NCBI GenBank assembly: GCA_028534125.1
Contig: CM052817.1
Coordinates: 73,596,001 to 73,660,000, forward strand
DNA from: Lama glama
Lineage: Eukaryota
Direction of reading: 5' to 3'
Length of the DNA: 64,000 nt
Under the pieces are notes generated by a model. That model did not search any database. It was not told the DNA's origin and worked only from the letters and a program-made list of their open reading frames with translations. Within the stretch, counting starts at the first letter, position 1. Each line of letters starts with the position of its first letter. Both the position numbers and the translations under genes were made by a program. This document shows positions 37,257 to 51,200 of this stretch, piece by piece.

Positions 37257-40200
37257 TCCTCCAGTGTTGCTCCCTATGTTTCATCAGTTGATCACATTCT
37301 TCAAAATGCTCACTCTAATCTCTGGGAAGAATACATAAAATGGATTTCTTTCTCAACTGTCCATAATTTTCTTCCAAGCAGGACTTCTCTTGTCCCTCCT
37401 TTTGCTTTCATTACATTTTGTGATATATTGGTGTGGCTGTTTCTTTTAGTTTATACAGACAAGGTACTGGGCTTTGAAAATCCACAAAAATGAAGGAGAC
37501 AGCAAAAGAAGTAAACAGGTATCTTCATGTGGATCAGGCATATTGCATTAAGCTAGCAAAAAAAGTTGATCCTACTTTCACAATTTGAGTTCTAATTCTC
37601 TTGAGGAACTTTGTGAGTGTGCTATTCTCAATAATTGTTCTGTGGAAGGCTCTTTTTGATATACTTTTTTCTGAAGTGTTTGAGATTTCTTTTTGCTTCT
37701 CGATAAAGTTTCTAAAGAGACAAGTGATTGCATATTGAAATAGAATTGCAGATTTTTAATCTGTATTTGTTACTGCCTTGTCCCGATTCAGAGTCCACTA
37801 AATGATAAATGTGTCTCTAGCTTGATTTCTTTCCTGCTTGTATGCTGTTCCAATTCCTGTTGGGAGCAGAAACAAAACCACTGCCTATTTTTATCTCAGT
37901 GGGCAGGAGCAGGATTCATCGCAACAAATCAACGTATCATCTCAGTTTCCTTTTACTTTGGAAGGGTAGAGTTGGAATTGCTACCAAACGAGACAATCTT
38001 TTCATAGAAATACTTGAGACCAAGTAAATATGATAGGATATTTCTTTTCTTTGAAATCCATTAATACCTGCCAACCCTTCAGGGAGGGTCAATTTTTAAA
38101 AGCTGGAGGGAGACAGTAAGAACGGTTCTAGTTAACGATACACCTAAATCTAGAGGGTAAGCTTCGACTTAGTTACCAGACCAGGTTTTTATTCATGTTT
38201 TTCTGGTAACTTGCAGACAACTGCCATCTTCTTCTACCCACTAATTTGTGTTTGTGCTCATTAAGACAAAGACCTTAATTTCTAACATTTGCTTAATGAG
38301 TTTCAATTTCTAAGAATCAGCTTGTTTAACTCAGTTTAATTTAGATGTTTTCTCCTGACACATAGGAAAGCTCCTTTAATTCAGTAATTTTGTATTGGTT
38401 TGCTAGTTATATTGCGTTGCAGTAGCTGCTATGACATTGCTGGGCTGAGAGTCAATGATTGATACCCTCACAGAGTTTATAATCTGATTGAGCAGACATT
38501 TCTTCTCCACAAAATGTCCAATCCAGAGAAATATTATAAGTATTATGTAATACATTTAAGTATTATAAGTAATGATTATTACAGTGTATATTGCTGAAAG
38601 TAATCCAACAGGAGCCTGGAGAAGAGCAAGAGAGCAGTGTGATTTTGTCAAAACATTAAACCATACGAGTGGGTGAGCAATAGCCCTGAGCCTTGAATTT
38701 CAGATAATATTTGAGTATGAAGGAAGGGGATACACAGACAATCTGGATGGGTTAGTCCCGGCCATATAATTACAAGTCACATTAAAGGTTAGGAAACTAT
38801 TGAGACGTTTATTGTGGTTCACAGTTATGAACTTTGTGGGTGCTCTGAGCTTTGGTCAGTTGTAGGCTTACATTTTGGAGTCCATCTCACTTGGGTGATT
38901 ATTTGGTGTCCTATGGCTTGTATCTCTCTAATCCCACTCATCTTATCTGGGATGCCTTGCCTCAAATATATTCATGTTTATACATTATTTCTGTAGTCAG
39001 TAGTAAATTCCAGTCAATAAGCCTCCAAATTAACAAGGCATCTCGATCTAATAGCAACCCTTTTTGAAACTGTACAAATAATCAACTTCTGCCTTTACCT
39101 TAAGAGACACTAATATGGTTAACCCAGGACGGTAATTACCTAGAACACTCATACAGGAATTTCTAAGACTTTACATATCAGCTGAAAATGGCTTTTATCA
39201 TTTGGTTATTGCTGTATCTGTAGTAGGTTAGCCCACTTTGTGTGTTGGCATACTTTTGAGTTTGCTCCAAGTAGCCAGGTCCTGTTGGATTTTCAGATCC
39301 TAGAATATGAAATCCACAACTTTTCCCTTTTTTCCGCTTGCCTGGTCTGTCTACAGGTTAATGCACGTGGTCTTTGTCCATCTTCATCAGACCAATCACT
39401 TTACCTCTGGCCATCTTTGACCTTCTAGGATAATTATAACCATTGCCAGCTCAGAGAGCATTCCAAGTTAAAGAGAAAGAAGTAAGGGAGTGTTTTAGAA
39501 ATAAAACTGTGAAGACAGAAATATGCATTAGGATCTGTGTGGCTTTTGCAAGTTTGAAGAAGTTAAAAATGAAAGGTGGACCATTCTAGGATGTTTCACC
39601 AAGTACTAGTTAAGTGATACCTTTTTACAGGTATTTTAGTGTAATAATGTAATAATTTATCATAATGCTGATCTTTGACCATAAATATCTCTATGTGGCA
39701 AATTGAATCAGTTTAGGGCAGGGTGTTCTAACTTATAAAAAATAATTGAAAACTTTAAAAAAGCAAAACATTATGGGAATTGTATATGAGAACTTTCGTA
39801 TTTTCTGTGTCAGAATTTCAGTTCTCTTTTCATATATTGTGTATCCCCAAAGATTCCTTTTCCTAGGTGTTCTAAATATTTGCCCTGAATTCAGAGGGTG
39901 TGGTGGCAAGATGCCCTCCTCTCTTATTTTATAGCACTGTCTCACCATAATCACTGCACAGAGGGGGAGGTGACAGGCCTAAAGACCAATATTTTAAAAT
40001 GAAAATCAGGAAGGAAAAAAAACTAGAACAAGTACAGACACTTTGCATTCAGTAGTTTAGAGATGCTGTTAGAACAATGAGAACTACCCATCCTATTGGC
40101 TTATTTAGATGAGTATGAATATCTGCTTGAGTTTTCTCACATTCAGTCAAATCTGTGTCTCACCTGCCACAATTGTCTAGTATTTTCCATGTAATTGACA

Positions 40201-40896
40201 GTAAATCATTTCAGTGTCCTCTTAGAGCAGTCACATTCAGAAGATGAGATCTACATATGAATTTGGTATGTGTATGTTACTGTCATGAACCATACATAGT
40301 AAGTATACTTAATAATTGTCTATGCAGCTGAGCCTTAGTGTGATTTATCACATATCGTCATTTATGTAGAAAAGTTGTTCAAAAGCTGATTTTTAAATGG
40401 CCAAAGAATATACTTCATGAATAGCCTGTTGGAATTAGTTCTGTTCTGCCTCAGCATGAAGAGGGGAAGACTATCACAAAGGTGTATACTTACAAATCAT
40501 TCCTCTGTCCTAGTACTTTGGTGTGGCTTTGGGCTGCACACCTGTGCATTGCTGGGTCACGCAGCATGTAATGGGGACGTGTGCCCAAGACAGAGTTAAG
40601 GCAAATTTGTTGTACTCAGGGCTGTGAAGTTTCTTCTTAATCTCCTGAAAGAAAACTAATGGCATATTCAATATGGTTCAGTGTGGTTGTCAGCATCCCA
40701 TCCTCTGTAGAAAGTCAAGGTACTGCTCTGTCCTGATGATAGTGTATTATCCTGTATAGCACAAGGTGAGGAGAAGGATTGAGGAAATGTCCTGTAAGTA
40801 GCTTCTCTGCCACCCATTTCAGAAGACACGCATCAAAGTTTGTGGATTCAGCAAGATAAAATAAATTTGCACTGAGGTTTATTTGCAGAGCAGTTT

Positions 40897-40913
40897 GTGT
40901 GTGTGTGTGTGTG
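40897..40913. repeat. (TG)8 microsatellite
   Basis: Read directly from the sequence. Confidence 0.9.
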
Positions 40914-41869
40914 GTGTGGTTTTCAAGGTACTATAATTGTTTGATCATTTTGGACACATAAATCTGATATTAGAATAGAATTTACATTGTAGAGTGTACC
41001 CCCTAGTTCTAGTGAAAGGCTTTGTTTCTTCCAAGACAACATTCAGAACAAAAAGAAACAAGTGATGGGAGCAAAATAAAGTAGGTATGTAAAATTCTTT
41101 TTGTTGTTGTTGAGAATTTTGTACTTATACTTGAGAATTCAGAAATTGGCAACGTTTTGCTCATAGCCTATAATTTATAGTAGTGACTGTGAAAAGCCTT
41201 AAACTATGCATTTGTTTTCCTAAATTTAGACTATTTTGAAAACCACATTTGAGTAGCATTAATAAAATGTTCATAACACATTACTCTGAGACACTGAATA
41301 AGTCCATGTACTGGAGTTCTAGGATAAATAGTGACTGGGTTTTGGTTTGAATTGCTCAGCTAGTTAGGGCTTTGTGCTGGTCTGGCCACTGTAGTCCAGA
41401 CAGGCCAATTATCTTCATTCTCAAAGGCATGGACTTCATTCTTAACCTCAAAGAGTGGCTGATCAGAGGGAGAAAGTGCAGGAGAACACTTAGATGTGTC
41501 CGAACCCAAATCTATTACCCAAACACACACACTTTTAAAAAATGAATGTTTTGTTGACACATTTGTGTGTGTCAAGATTATCTTCTAATTATCTCCTCAA
41601 TGTGAAAAGGAATTCTGTCTTTTGTAGAAGATCCAAATGAGGAGCAACGATAGTAAAATAATGAAAGTAAAATGAAGGTTCTCTATGATTTTATGATGAT
41701 GTTTACCTAAGTCAAATTTGTTTGAATAAATTATGGTTTAACCAATAAGCTGAGCAATTTAATTATAGAAGAAGTATTCATTAGGAAAAATATTTCAGTA
41801 CATTGGAACAACATTTTACAAGAATAAATAAAAAGGAATAGTTAAAAATATTGAGAAATTATCATAGTA

Positions 41870-42085
41870 TTAGGTGCTAGCCACTGTGCTAAGAATTCTA
41901 CATAGATTATCTAATTTTTCCCCTCACAATAATCTGATGAGTAGATGCTGTATTATCCTCATATTAAAGATGAGATTGATGTCTAAAGGGATTGAAAAAC
42001 TTCCCTGACTGAATTCATATAGCTATCCAGGTGTTACTCCAGGTCAAATCTATCATTCTGCCTGTCTCCAAAACCCTGTGCTCTG
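41870..42085 (-). mobile_element. MIR SINE
   Basis: CACTGTGCTAAG..CCTCACAATAATCTGATGAGTAGATG..TATTATCCTCATATTAAAGATGAG. Confidence 0.65.
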
Positions 42086-45000
42086 CTGATAGAAGAAAGT
42101 TTTAAACAGTTAAAATAGGATCAAAAATGAAAAAACAAAATAAGGGTTTCTTCATGTCCAAACCCACTGAACCTATATGCCTTCACTGACTGGTCAATGA
42201 TCAATGAATCTAAAAGTCTATTTTGGATTGATTTTTTTCAAATGTACTTCAAAAACACAATTATAAATCCAAATAGGAAAATTTTTTTTATGTAGTTGTT
42301 GACTGAAATTATCAGACGCTTTCATAATAAGCCAAGCCAAATATGAGTTCCTAGTCTTAGCACTGGAACATTAAAGAATGAAGCTTTCTTTCTACATTGG
42401 TGTTTCCATCTGTGCTTGAGCTATTTTAGGCAAATGGCTGACACTCTTAACATAGCTGCTCCAATATAAGAGGGAGTTTGTTAGTGAGTTCATGTTGCTT
42501 GTCCTAATTCAAAAGGTCACTAATCTATCATGTGTTCCATAATCTCATTACACAGCAGGGACCTCTTTCCAGTTGTTAAAGAATCAGTAGGAGTGATTGG
42601 GCTGTTACACGGGGCAGTCAGGCGTTTGTCTCCTGGCCCACGTAGGAACCTACACTTTTGGAGAAGATGGGAGGTCTGTTTCATCTGCAAACTCTTCCAG
42701 ATGGTCTGACCCCAAGTGGCTCTCATGCCTGATTTGTAAAGGTAGTTCTTAGGCAACAGCAACAAGTATATGTGGTTTGGGAACTTACTCCTACTTTGAC
42801 AGAATGGCTTGATCAGATAAAGAGCTACTCTTGGAACAGCTTTCTGAATCACTGGCCAGAGTCCAATGGAAAAATGACATTCTTCTCCTTATTGCTTCTT
42901 TCTGATAATAATTTTAAGGGCTGATTATTTTCTTAAACATCTTATTTATAATTTATCCATGTGTGAAGACAATGAGCTGAATGGAAGTATTTTTTCCTTT
43001 GTAGAGCAATTAATTTTTCTTTCCAAAAAGGATAGTGGGAGATACTTTTTGTATGCTGCCCATATAACAGTGTCAAGAGTGTAGGAAAAAATGATATACA
43101 CACATACTTATATATTTTTGTTATTCTGAGTTTCAGCTATGATATTATTGGAACTGGTTAGAAACTTTTGATTTAAAAAATAATGTTGTAACCAGACTCT
43201 AACTCATAGTTGCCTGGATGTTGGAAGTGTCTTTATTATTGCTGTTGTCACAGAAAGATTCTATAATGAACTATCCTAATTCTAAAAACCTAATGTCATG
43301 CCAGGTACAAATTTTAGATTCTTGTCTAAAGCTGGATTTTTAATTTGGAAGCTATACATTGGATTTCCAAATATTCAAACAGGATTCCTTCCCCTCAGGG
43401 TGGGTTTTCATCTGTGTATGTGAGGATCTTGGATGGCAGTCTCAAGTTCTGACTCAGGAGTCGGGGTCATGTAGACACTATCATGTGATGGCCTAATCTA
43501 TAATGCAAATATCATGTACCTTAATACTTTAAAATAAAGAAATATCCATGTGCATTTTGGAACTTTTACTATTTGGAATGGTTTCTCAGATTTATTTCAT
43601 GGTGACCAGTGAGTTTAGATCTTATTGTATTCTTTGCTGGCTGTACAGCTCTTTGTGTATTTCTATATAAATATATATTACCCTTTTATAGTACCTTTTT
43701 TTGACATCCAGAAGAGCCTTATTTTGAGTAGAGATTATTTAATACTATGTGAACTGCAGAAGTGAACAGTTGGAAGTAAAGCAATAAACGGAGAATATGT
43801 GGTCCAATATGGAACTCCCAGAATGTCTTTGATACAAGTAATTATGTTGTGGGGGTGACTGATACTTAAGCAGATGTGGCTGACTACATCCTTCTGTATA
43901 CAGAATATTTTGGGGTATGAGAATGATCCCTTGCCTCTGTACAATGGAAATTGTCTAGTACATATTCACTTACTATTTATCCAATAATTTCAAGGCTGTA
44001 TGACTCACATATTTAAAAACAGAATTAATAATGCCTTTTCTTTCTACAGTACTAATTTGATTATTTTCCATAGGCTTACCGTGATGAAAAGTAATTATGT
44101 CTGTTTACCCTAAAGTGACCTTGAAGAAATGAGGTGCTTATACCAATTTAGGTAACAGATGATAAGTGTCTGTTAGCTGACCAAAATTCAAGTTCTATAG
44201 TGTAATACCTACTTAGAATCTAAAATGTTGAAATTGAATATGAAATTTGGTAAAAATATATCCAGTGGAATGTATGTGAATATGTATTGATATATATGTG
44301 CGTGTATAACAAATCTTTGGATATTACCAAATGATAGCAAAAGATACCACAAAATTTGCCATGTTTTCTGAGTGATAGTATTGGTTTATCATTTAGTAAA
44401 AGCTTGAAAGTCATACCTGCAGCCAATATTGCAGATAAGGTAACACTTGATAACAGTCACTATTAAAATAAGAAATTCTGAGAAAGATGGATTTCAGCAT
44501 TGCTTTCTCAGAAAGTAAATTGTAGTTTTTGAGTTCACTTTCCTCCATGTGTCTAGTCAAAGTTTGCACTTCTTTAATGATGCAGATAAGTCATTTTCCA
44601 TTGTAAAAAAATTGCTTTTTGTCACAGTAAAAAAAACATTGTTTTTATATGGCCACTTTCTCAGTTGGTAGCAGATGGAAGATCAAATAAACAAATAAGT
44701 AGTAATCTACATCTATAATATTTATTATAGATTATTTTGATTTGCTGGCAGTTATAGGTAGGTATTTTTTATACTGTAATTTTAAAAATTCTTGAAAATT
44801 AATGTAAATTTGGAAATCAAAAAACAGACCATGGAAAATAGTATTTTGTCACATAATAAAAGATTTCTACTTTTTAAAATTATGAAACTGAACTCAATGC
44901 AAATATAAAAGTAAGGCTAAAAAATACATTTCAGGCCTATTTTGAGTAGACATCATGACAATTCTTGCTAATTTTCACGTAAATACATTAGAATTTGTTT

Positions 45001-45919
45001 AGATTACAAAAGGAGAAATACTTTTCTGCTTTTTATTTCATTTGATGTCTCAAATGGCACCTTATTTATGGAAAGCTTACAACTCAGGCAATTTTATTAT
45101 AATTTTGTTTTATTTTTGGATTGAACATTAAACCTAAAAGATTAAACTGAAATTTTATTTTTTTTGTAAACACAAAATGTTTTTTTTTTTTCAGTAGATA
45201 TGTACAAATAAATGGCTTTCCTTTCATTTGAAAGTCATTTTTGGAACTTGAAGTTATATGGTCCAGTTTAAATTGTTTTGTTCTTAGGTTTAAAAGATGT
45301 ATATTACTTATTTTAGGGAAGTTTTGCCTCTTTAATTCTTTATGAATTTGAAGCTCTTTAGAATTTGATAAGATGTAAGTTCATTTTGCTGTGAGTCTGA
45401 CATTAAAAAAAAAAGGACCCTTCCACCTACCTCATCATCTCTCTGTGCGGATTAAGCTCCCTCAACAATACTCTGAGTGGCTTATGGTAATGGGATTGTG
45501 TGCCTGTCTTAATCGTGTTTCCCACATGCAGGTGCCTGTTGTTCAGTGAGCATACGCACAGCAGCTGGCAGTGCCAGGCGGCGTCCAGCTGGGATTAACC
45601 AGGAGGGCTCTGCACGACACTGTGGCACACGGCCACCTTCTGTTTTTCCCATGACAGGAACCCCCCATTCCCCCCACTTTTAGATAATCCAAACTACAGT
45701 GAACATTATGGCCTTGTATGGTTCTTTGAGAAGTAAACAATCTTTTATTTATCATCTAAATCACAAATTGCATTTAACTTTCTATGTAGTTGCATCTGTA
45801 GAAACTCTAACAAATAAAAAATTTTAGAATTGAAATTTAAACAAGTGTAATACCTCTCAAATATCCGCAGCACCTGGCTTATATGTATAACAAAGATAAT
45901 AATATTATCATTGCGATCG

Positions 45920-46011
45920 CTCTCTTTTTTTCTCTCACTCTCTTCCTCTCTCTCTCCGATGCTCTCTCTCGCACACGTGTGTGTGTGTGTGTGTGTGTGT
46001 GTATACATGCA
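45920..46011. repeat. Compound CT-rich tract plus (GT)13 microsatellite
   Basis: CT-rich 45920-45970; (GT)13 at 45977-46002. Confidence 0.95.
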
Positions 46012-46790
46012 GGTGACTTTAATGTGTGAGTCATACTAGTTTCTTAAGAGTATAAACTTTTAGGGCTCCAAGTAGCTTAAAACAGAGCAGGAATTAGCTT
46101 AAAATTTCCAAATCCAAATGTCTTATTTTATATGAGAAAAATGAGATGCAGAGAAATCAAGCACGTTGGCCAAAATCATGTAAGTGGTTCATGGCAGACG
46201 TGAATCTAGACTTGGTGTCTCCTGGCTGCTAGAACAGTGATCTTTCTATTGCTTAGAGGTCATCTCAAAAAGCAATCCAAGCCTAGTCATGTGAAGAGCA
46301 TTTAAGTGTCGATTTTGAGCGAGGTGCAGCTTTACAAAGGCCCCTTATCTGCTGTGTGAAGGTCAGCTTGACCATGAGGACAAGCCATGTTCTAACACCA
46401 GGTAGTGTGCCACGTTTTCATCTGCAAGGTTATTATGCAAAAGCTCATTTCTTGATATTTGCTAATCAAGTGCTTCATGAGAACTTTTTACACTAGTGCT
46501 ACCAAACTCGGGCTGTCTTTCAGCGGAGACTTGGCTGGAGTCACTACTCTGCTGTCACTGGGTTGAGGTATATATTTTATGATACTTGAAGGCCTTTTAA
46601 AATTAGAACTTTCAAACAAACTAAGAAGGTAGCCGAAATCAAGACATTATTAAGAAACTGTAAATAGATTTGTTGAACCATTAACACACATCCATCTTGT
46701 AAAGGTGCTTGGTTTTACTTAATAGGCTGTGTGTAGCTTCAATTTTTAATCTCTTTCTACTTTGATCCACGTTATCCTCCTTGCCCCTTA

Positions 46791-46817
46791 ACACACACAC
46801 ACACACACGTACACACA
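46791..46817. repeat. Interrupted (AC)n microsatellite
   Basis: (AC)9 GT (AC)3 A. Confidence 0.9.
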
Positions 46818-46959
46818 GGCCTCTTACAGTTTTTGTAAGCTGACTGAAAGGGCTACTGGGCGCATTCTGTGAGTGCTTTAAGTTCAGTTGTTGTGGTACT
46901 CTTATTAGGAAGAGTTTTTGGTTACTGGCTGGATGCTCCTTATTCATCCACATTCTTCA

Positions 46960-48280
46960 CTCAACACACTTTTATTGAACGCTTCTTAATGACGGGACAC
47001 TGCTGTGTAAAATACAATGTACAAAATACTAAATCCTTGAGGCCAAGGAATATGTCTCTGTCATTTAATAGATGATGATTATACTTGGTGGTAACAGCAG
47101 TAATGGAAATGTCCATGGTCTACTGTCGGAGCACAGAAGAGGCCAGGCAAGAACTCCCACAAGTTCTGATGACTGAACAGAGCTTCAAGGGATAAGTAAG
47201 AGTGATCCAGGGTCAGGTGCAACAGAAGCATTTCCGACAGAAGTTAGAGCATGACTCATGTCATGGGGATGGGCCAGCACAATCAGGGAACAAGGGCATA
47301 ATTGAGGAGAGGTTGGAGTCTGGAACAGGACCAGGCGCTCTATGTGTGTGAGGTGTATAACTTCAGACAAGTAATTTAGCTTCTCTGTGGTTTGGTTTCC
47401 TCATCTGTAAAAATTGAGATAATTAAAGAACCTGCCTGATAGGGTTTCTGTGAGAATTACATGAGTTAATATATGTAAAGTGCTTAAAACAGGGCTTGGC
47501 AATAGTGAGCATCATGTAAGTTTTCCACTGCTAGATTATAAAGTAAAAAAGTAAGTAAGGGTGTGTGATAAATGAAGCTGAAGATGTAGGCAGAAGTAAA
47601 ACTATCGTATCTCATATTAATGAGCTGGGACTAATGAGTAATTAAAGAGGAGACTGTAAAAGGCTTTAAGCAATGGGCTGACATGACCAGATTTATTTTT
47701 TCCATCACCGTAGAGACTGCAGAGAATGGAAAAATCTAGGGACCAAACTTATTTAGGGAGCTCTAAAGCTTGGGAGATGTGCTATGGGAATGAACTAAGA
47801 TGTAGTGGTAGGTGTGGAGAGGAGAGACAGATAAAGGCAAATTCATCTGATGAGGCCATTAGGTGGACGTAGTCCTGAGGTGGAGTAGGGGAAGAGTTAG
47901 AGTCAAAAATGACTCCTAGGTGTCCCTTTCTGGTGATTTGGTGGCTGGTGGTACTAGCAGCTGATGCAGCCAACAGTAAAGGATGAGCGGGCTCAGAGGG
48001 AAAGGTGCGGGGTCCTGGTTTTCACATGTGGGGCTTGCGTTTCCTATGGGACATGCAAAGAGAAAGTGCAGCAAACCTTTGAAGGGTGACACTTGGTGGA
48101 AAGTCAGGACAAGTATAATTTTAAGAACTAACAGCACGATGAAGTTGAAAGCATGAGAAGTAATGAAATCACTCATGGGTGGAGGACAGAGTCTTGGAGT
48201 GACACCTGTAGTTACAGGAAAGTCTAAGGAAGAGATTCTCAGGATGGAGACACGAAAGGAGATACAAGAGCTCCTAGGAA
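46960..48280 (-). mobile_element. L2 LINE (antisense) interrupted by MIR
   Basis: CACTCAACACACTTTTATTGAACGCTT..; AGGCTTTAAGCAATGGGCTGACATGACCAGATTT; GAGTCAAAAATGACTCCTAGGT; GACAGAGTCTTGGAG. Confidence 0.7.
47315..47535 (+). mobile_element. MIR SINE inside L2
   Basis: CAAGTAATTTAGCTTCTCTGTG..GTTTCCTCATCTGTAAAA..GTGAGAATTACATGAGTTAATATATGTAAAGTGCTTAAAACAG. Confidence 0.8.
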
Positions 48281-51200
48281 GAGCTGGGAAAGAGAACATG
48301 CTCATCTTTGCTTCCAGGTGTGATTTCCCCACATATGGACGCCAGGCTTAGAGTCTAACAAGTATTCATCTGAGGCTGCACTTTGCATATGGTAGCCCAA
48401 ACCGTGAGCCTGAGGTTGCTTGGTTTTCTGACTCCACCCAGGCTGCATGGCCACAGTGGAAATAAGTTAACTGGTTTCTCCCTGGTAGGTGAACCAAGCT
48501 TGTTCTCCCATCCATACTGCTCACGCAATCATTGTGTCTTTGGGGCCATTCAGTAAAGCTAGTTGATTTTCTAAGCATGCTATTATGAGTCTCTTCTAGT
48601 TGGGGCATTAAATAAATCACTTGGGCTGTTATTCCCAAATTAAAGAGATCATAAAGATCACAAGTTAAATCATTTGAACAACTACTCCCAAAGAAAACCA
48701 AAATAAATCTCCATGATATTTGATTTTTTGTTTCTTTATTTTTTTCTTATCTCTATGATATTTTCTTCAAACAGTTTTCTCCTGGGTGTTGGAACTATAT
48801 GAACTTGATAGCCACATCTTTGCAATAAAACAAATCTGCTAATAATGCCTATGAATAGCAGATAAAAGTCTTCTTTTCCTGCCTTCATGTGTGAATTTCT
48901 CCAATGAAAGAATTGTAAGGATACACAAAAATGGAGACAATTAGTTATGTATATACTGGGTGTGTTGCATGTAAGTGATGATGGAAATTATTATAAGAAT
49001 ATTTACTTTGTTATTTTAAAATAATTTGCATACTAGAGGTCCCTGGAAATCCTTTAAATTATATTACCCATGTTTGTTTCTACCAGTTGCTATATTGTGA
49101 ATGTCATACAAATAGGCATCCCATAAAAACTGGAAAATTTTACCGTGATACCATATGATGAAAGGCAAATAAAAATAGATACTATTTTAGTAATTGATTA
49201 GAAAAGTGCCTGGAGGAGCACCTGAATGGATTTTCCCGATTTCAGAAGTAGAGTTTGATATCAAATGAGGATCAAGAGAGTGATCAGGAAAAAAAGAGGA
49301 GTGATCACAAGTGACTCATATGATTGTATATTTGTGTTACAGAGAGAATAATGACATGGCTAAGTGTCCCAACATGTAGGCAATTTTATAATAAATAAAC
49401 AGTAAATGACTACTGTAGATTTAGGACAACACTAAAAAGTTATAGAATGAAGTAAGGGATGTCAGACTCAACAGATTAAGAAAGTTGTAAATGAAATCAA
49501 ATTCCCGAAAGTAACAGGTGAAGTAAGCAGATCACAGAAGATGCTGTAGAAAAGGAGAGAGGACTGCTGGGCATGTAATCAGCAAGGAGAGCAGAACGAG
49601 CGAGGTCAGGGAGACATGAAGAAAAGAACATTTATGCCCTAATTAGCCAGCAATTTGTTATAAAACAGCCTTGCCACCTGGAGAGCAGAATTTTAGAATT
49701 TATTGGCACAAGCCGTCAAATGAGCCAAATTAGAGCAGGCCGTCGTCCTGGTGTCCAGCACAGGCTACAGTGGACAGTTAGCAACAGAACACACCTCAGG
49801 AAGACCGAGAGGGGAGAAAGTGCACTTTGGTAAAAGAAGGGATGATGCAATCGAAGAAGATCTGCATAAGTTCATGAGATGTACATATTGCAGTCAGTCT
49901 TTTGAAAGTCAAATAATGCATCTGGCCTTTGGCACAACTATGTGATATCTTAAACAGAATGGGGTTTTTTGCTAGTGAAACTAAATAGGACAAGAAAAGA
50001 GCTGCTCATCTCTTTATTGTATCATCGTTTATGCTAAACTTTTCCATTAAAGGGTAATGTTTCTCTTTAACCTTGGGGACCACGTGTGACTCATTGTTCC
50101 TTCTTATGCTGAATCTTCAGTGTGTCTCTCTAGCTCATCATTTTCCCTCTACCACAGTGCCTATTCATTCCTCCTTTTCTGGCTTCCCTCAGGGATGCAT
50201 GACTGTTCCACCTGTAGTGCTGCTGCCAGAGTTATCTCCTCTGCTTGACTCTGGTAACCTCCTCCTCCCTTTCATCTTGTTTTCTAGGCATGGTGGCTTT
50301 ATAGCTTTGCACCGTGCTGTAAATTGGTATTATTTCCCTCTGTGTTGACACTTGACCAGAATAATTTAACCCATCTTATTATCCCAAGCCAAGTTGAATG
50401 TCTTGGACAACACAGAGAATTGGCACATAAATTCTCCTCTCTGTGTCTTTCTGTGCAGAGAGATTATATTTTATATTCTCCAAACTAAAATGTAGCTTCC
50501 AGGATTCATTTCTCTTGTTTTGGAATGCTTTCTGTTCTTCTAGACAAAGTTGATCAGCTTTCCTTTGTACGCTACTGAGCTCTATTCCTAGAATACCAAC
50601 GTTCACTTTATTATTTTAAAAATCTCAGCATTGCTAAGGTTCATGAAATTGTGAGTACTAGTTAGAAGTGAAGTAGTGATTCTCCAAGCATGTGATTATC
50701 TGGCACTTTTACTCTGGGATTAATTAGTGTAAATGATATTGTTTCATGTTTGAATTTTTTTTCTTCTAATACCAACTAAACTTAGTGACTCTAAGTTTGA
50801 GTTCCAACAAAAGTGCAGTTACTTGAATTTCCTGGTTTTGATGTATCGGGAAATCACTTCATTTGTCTGAAAGACAGAATATTGGTTTGCCCTGTGAGTC
50901 TATCAGTATAATTTTGGAATCAACCAATTAAACACTATTTTCTTGGGTAGAAACCATTCCTGCTCAGTTAGACTGTACTACACGTCTTTCAACAGAGATC
51001 CAGTTGCCCCATTCCCTGGTGTAACTTCCCTGACTTTACTTGCTGCTTCCATTGAATTCACTGAGTCTTTTGAAAACCCTTAAACACTAATTAAATTAAT
51101 TTATGGCATATGTCATTAACATTCCATTCTACCGTGGTCTTTTCTGTATAAGACAATAAGCCCCGGGACATTTGAAATGCTTATATTTACTTGCTTAGCA

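Noticed and set aside
47916..48332. Longest ORF (138 aa, minus strand)
   Set aside because: It lies within a decayed L2; at most a fossil frame, not a gene.
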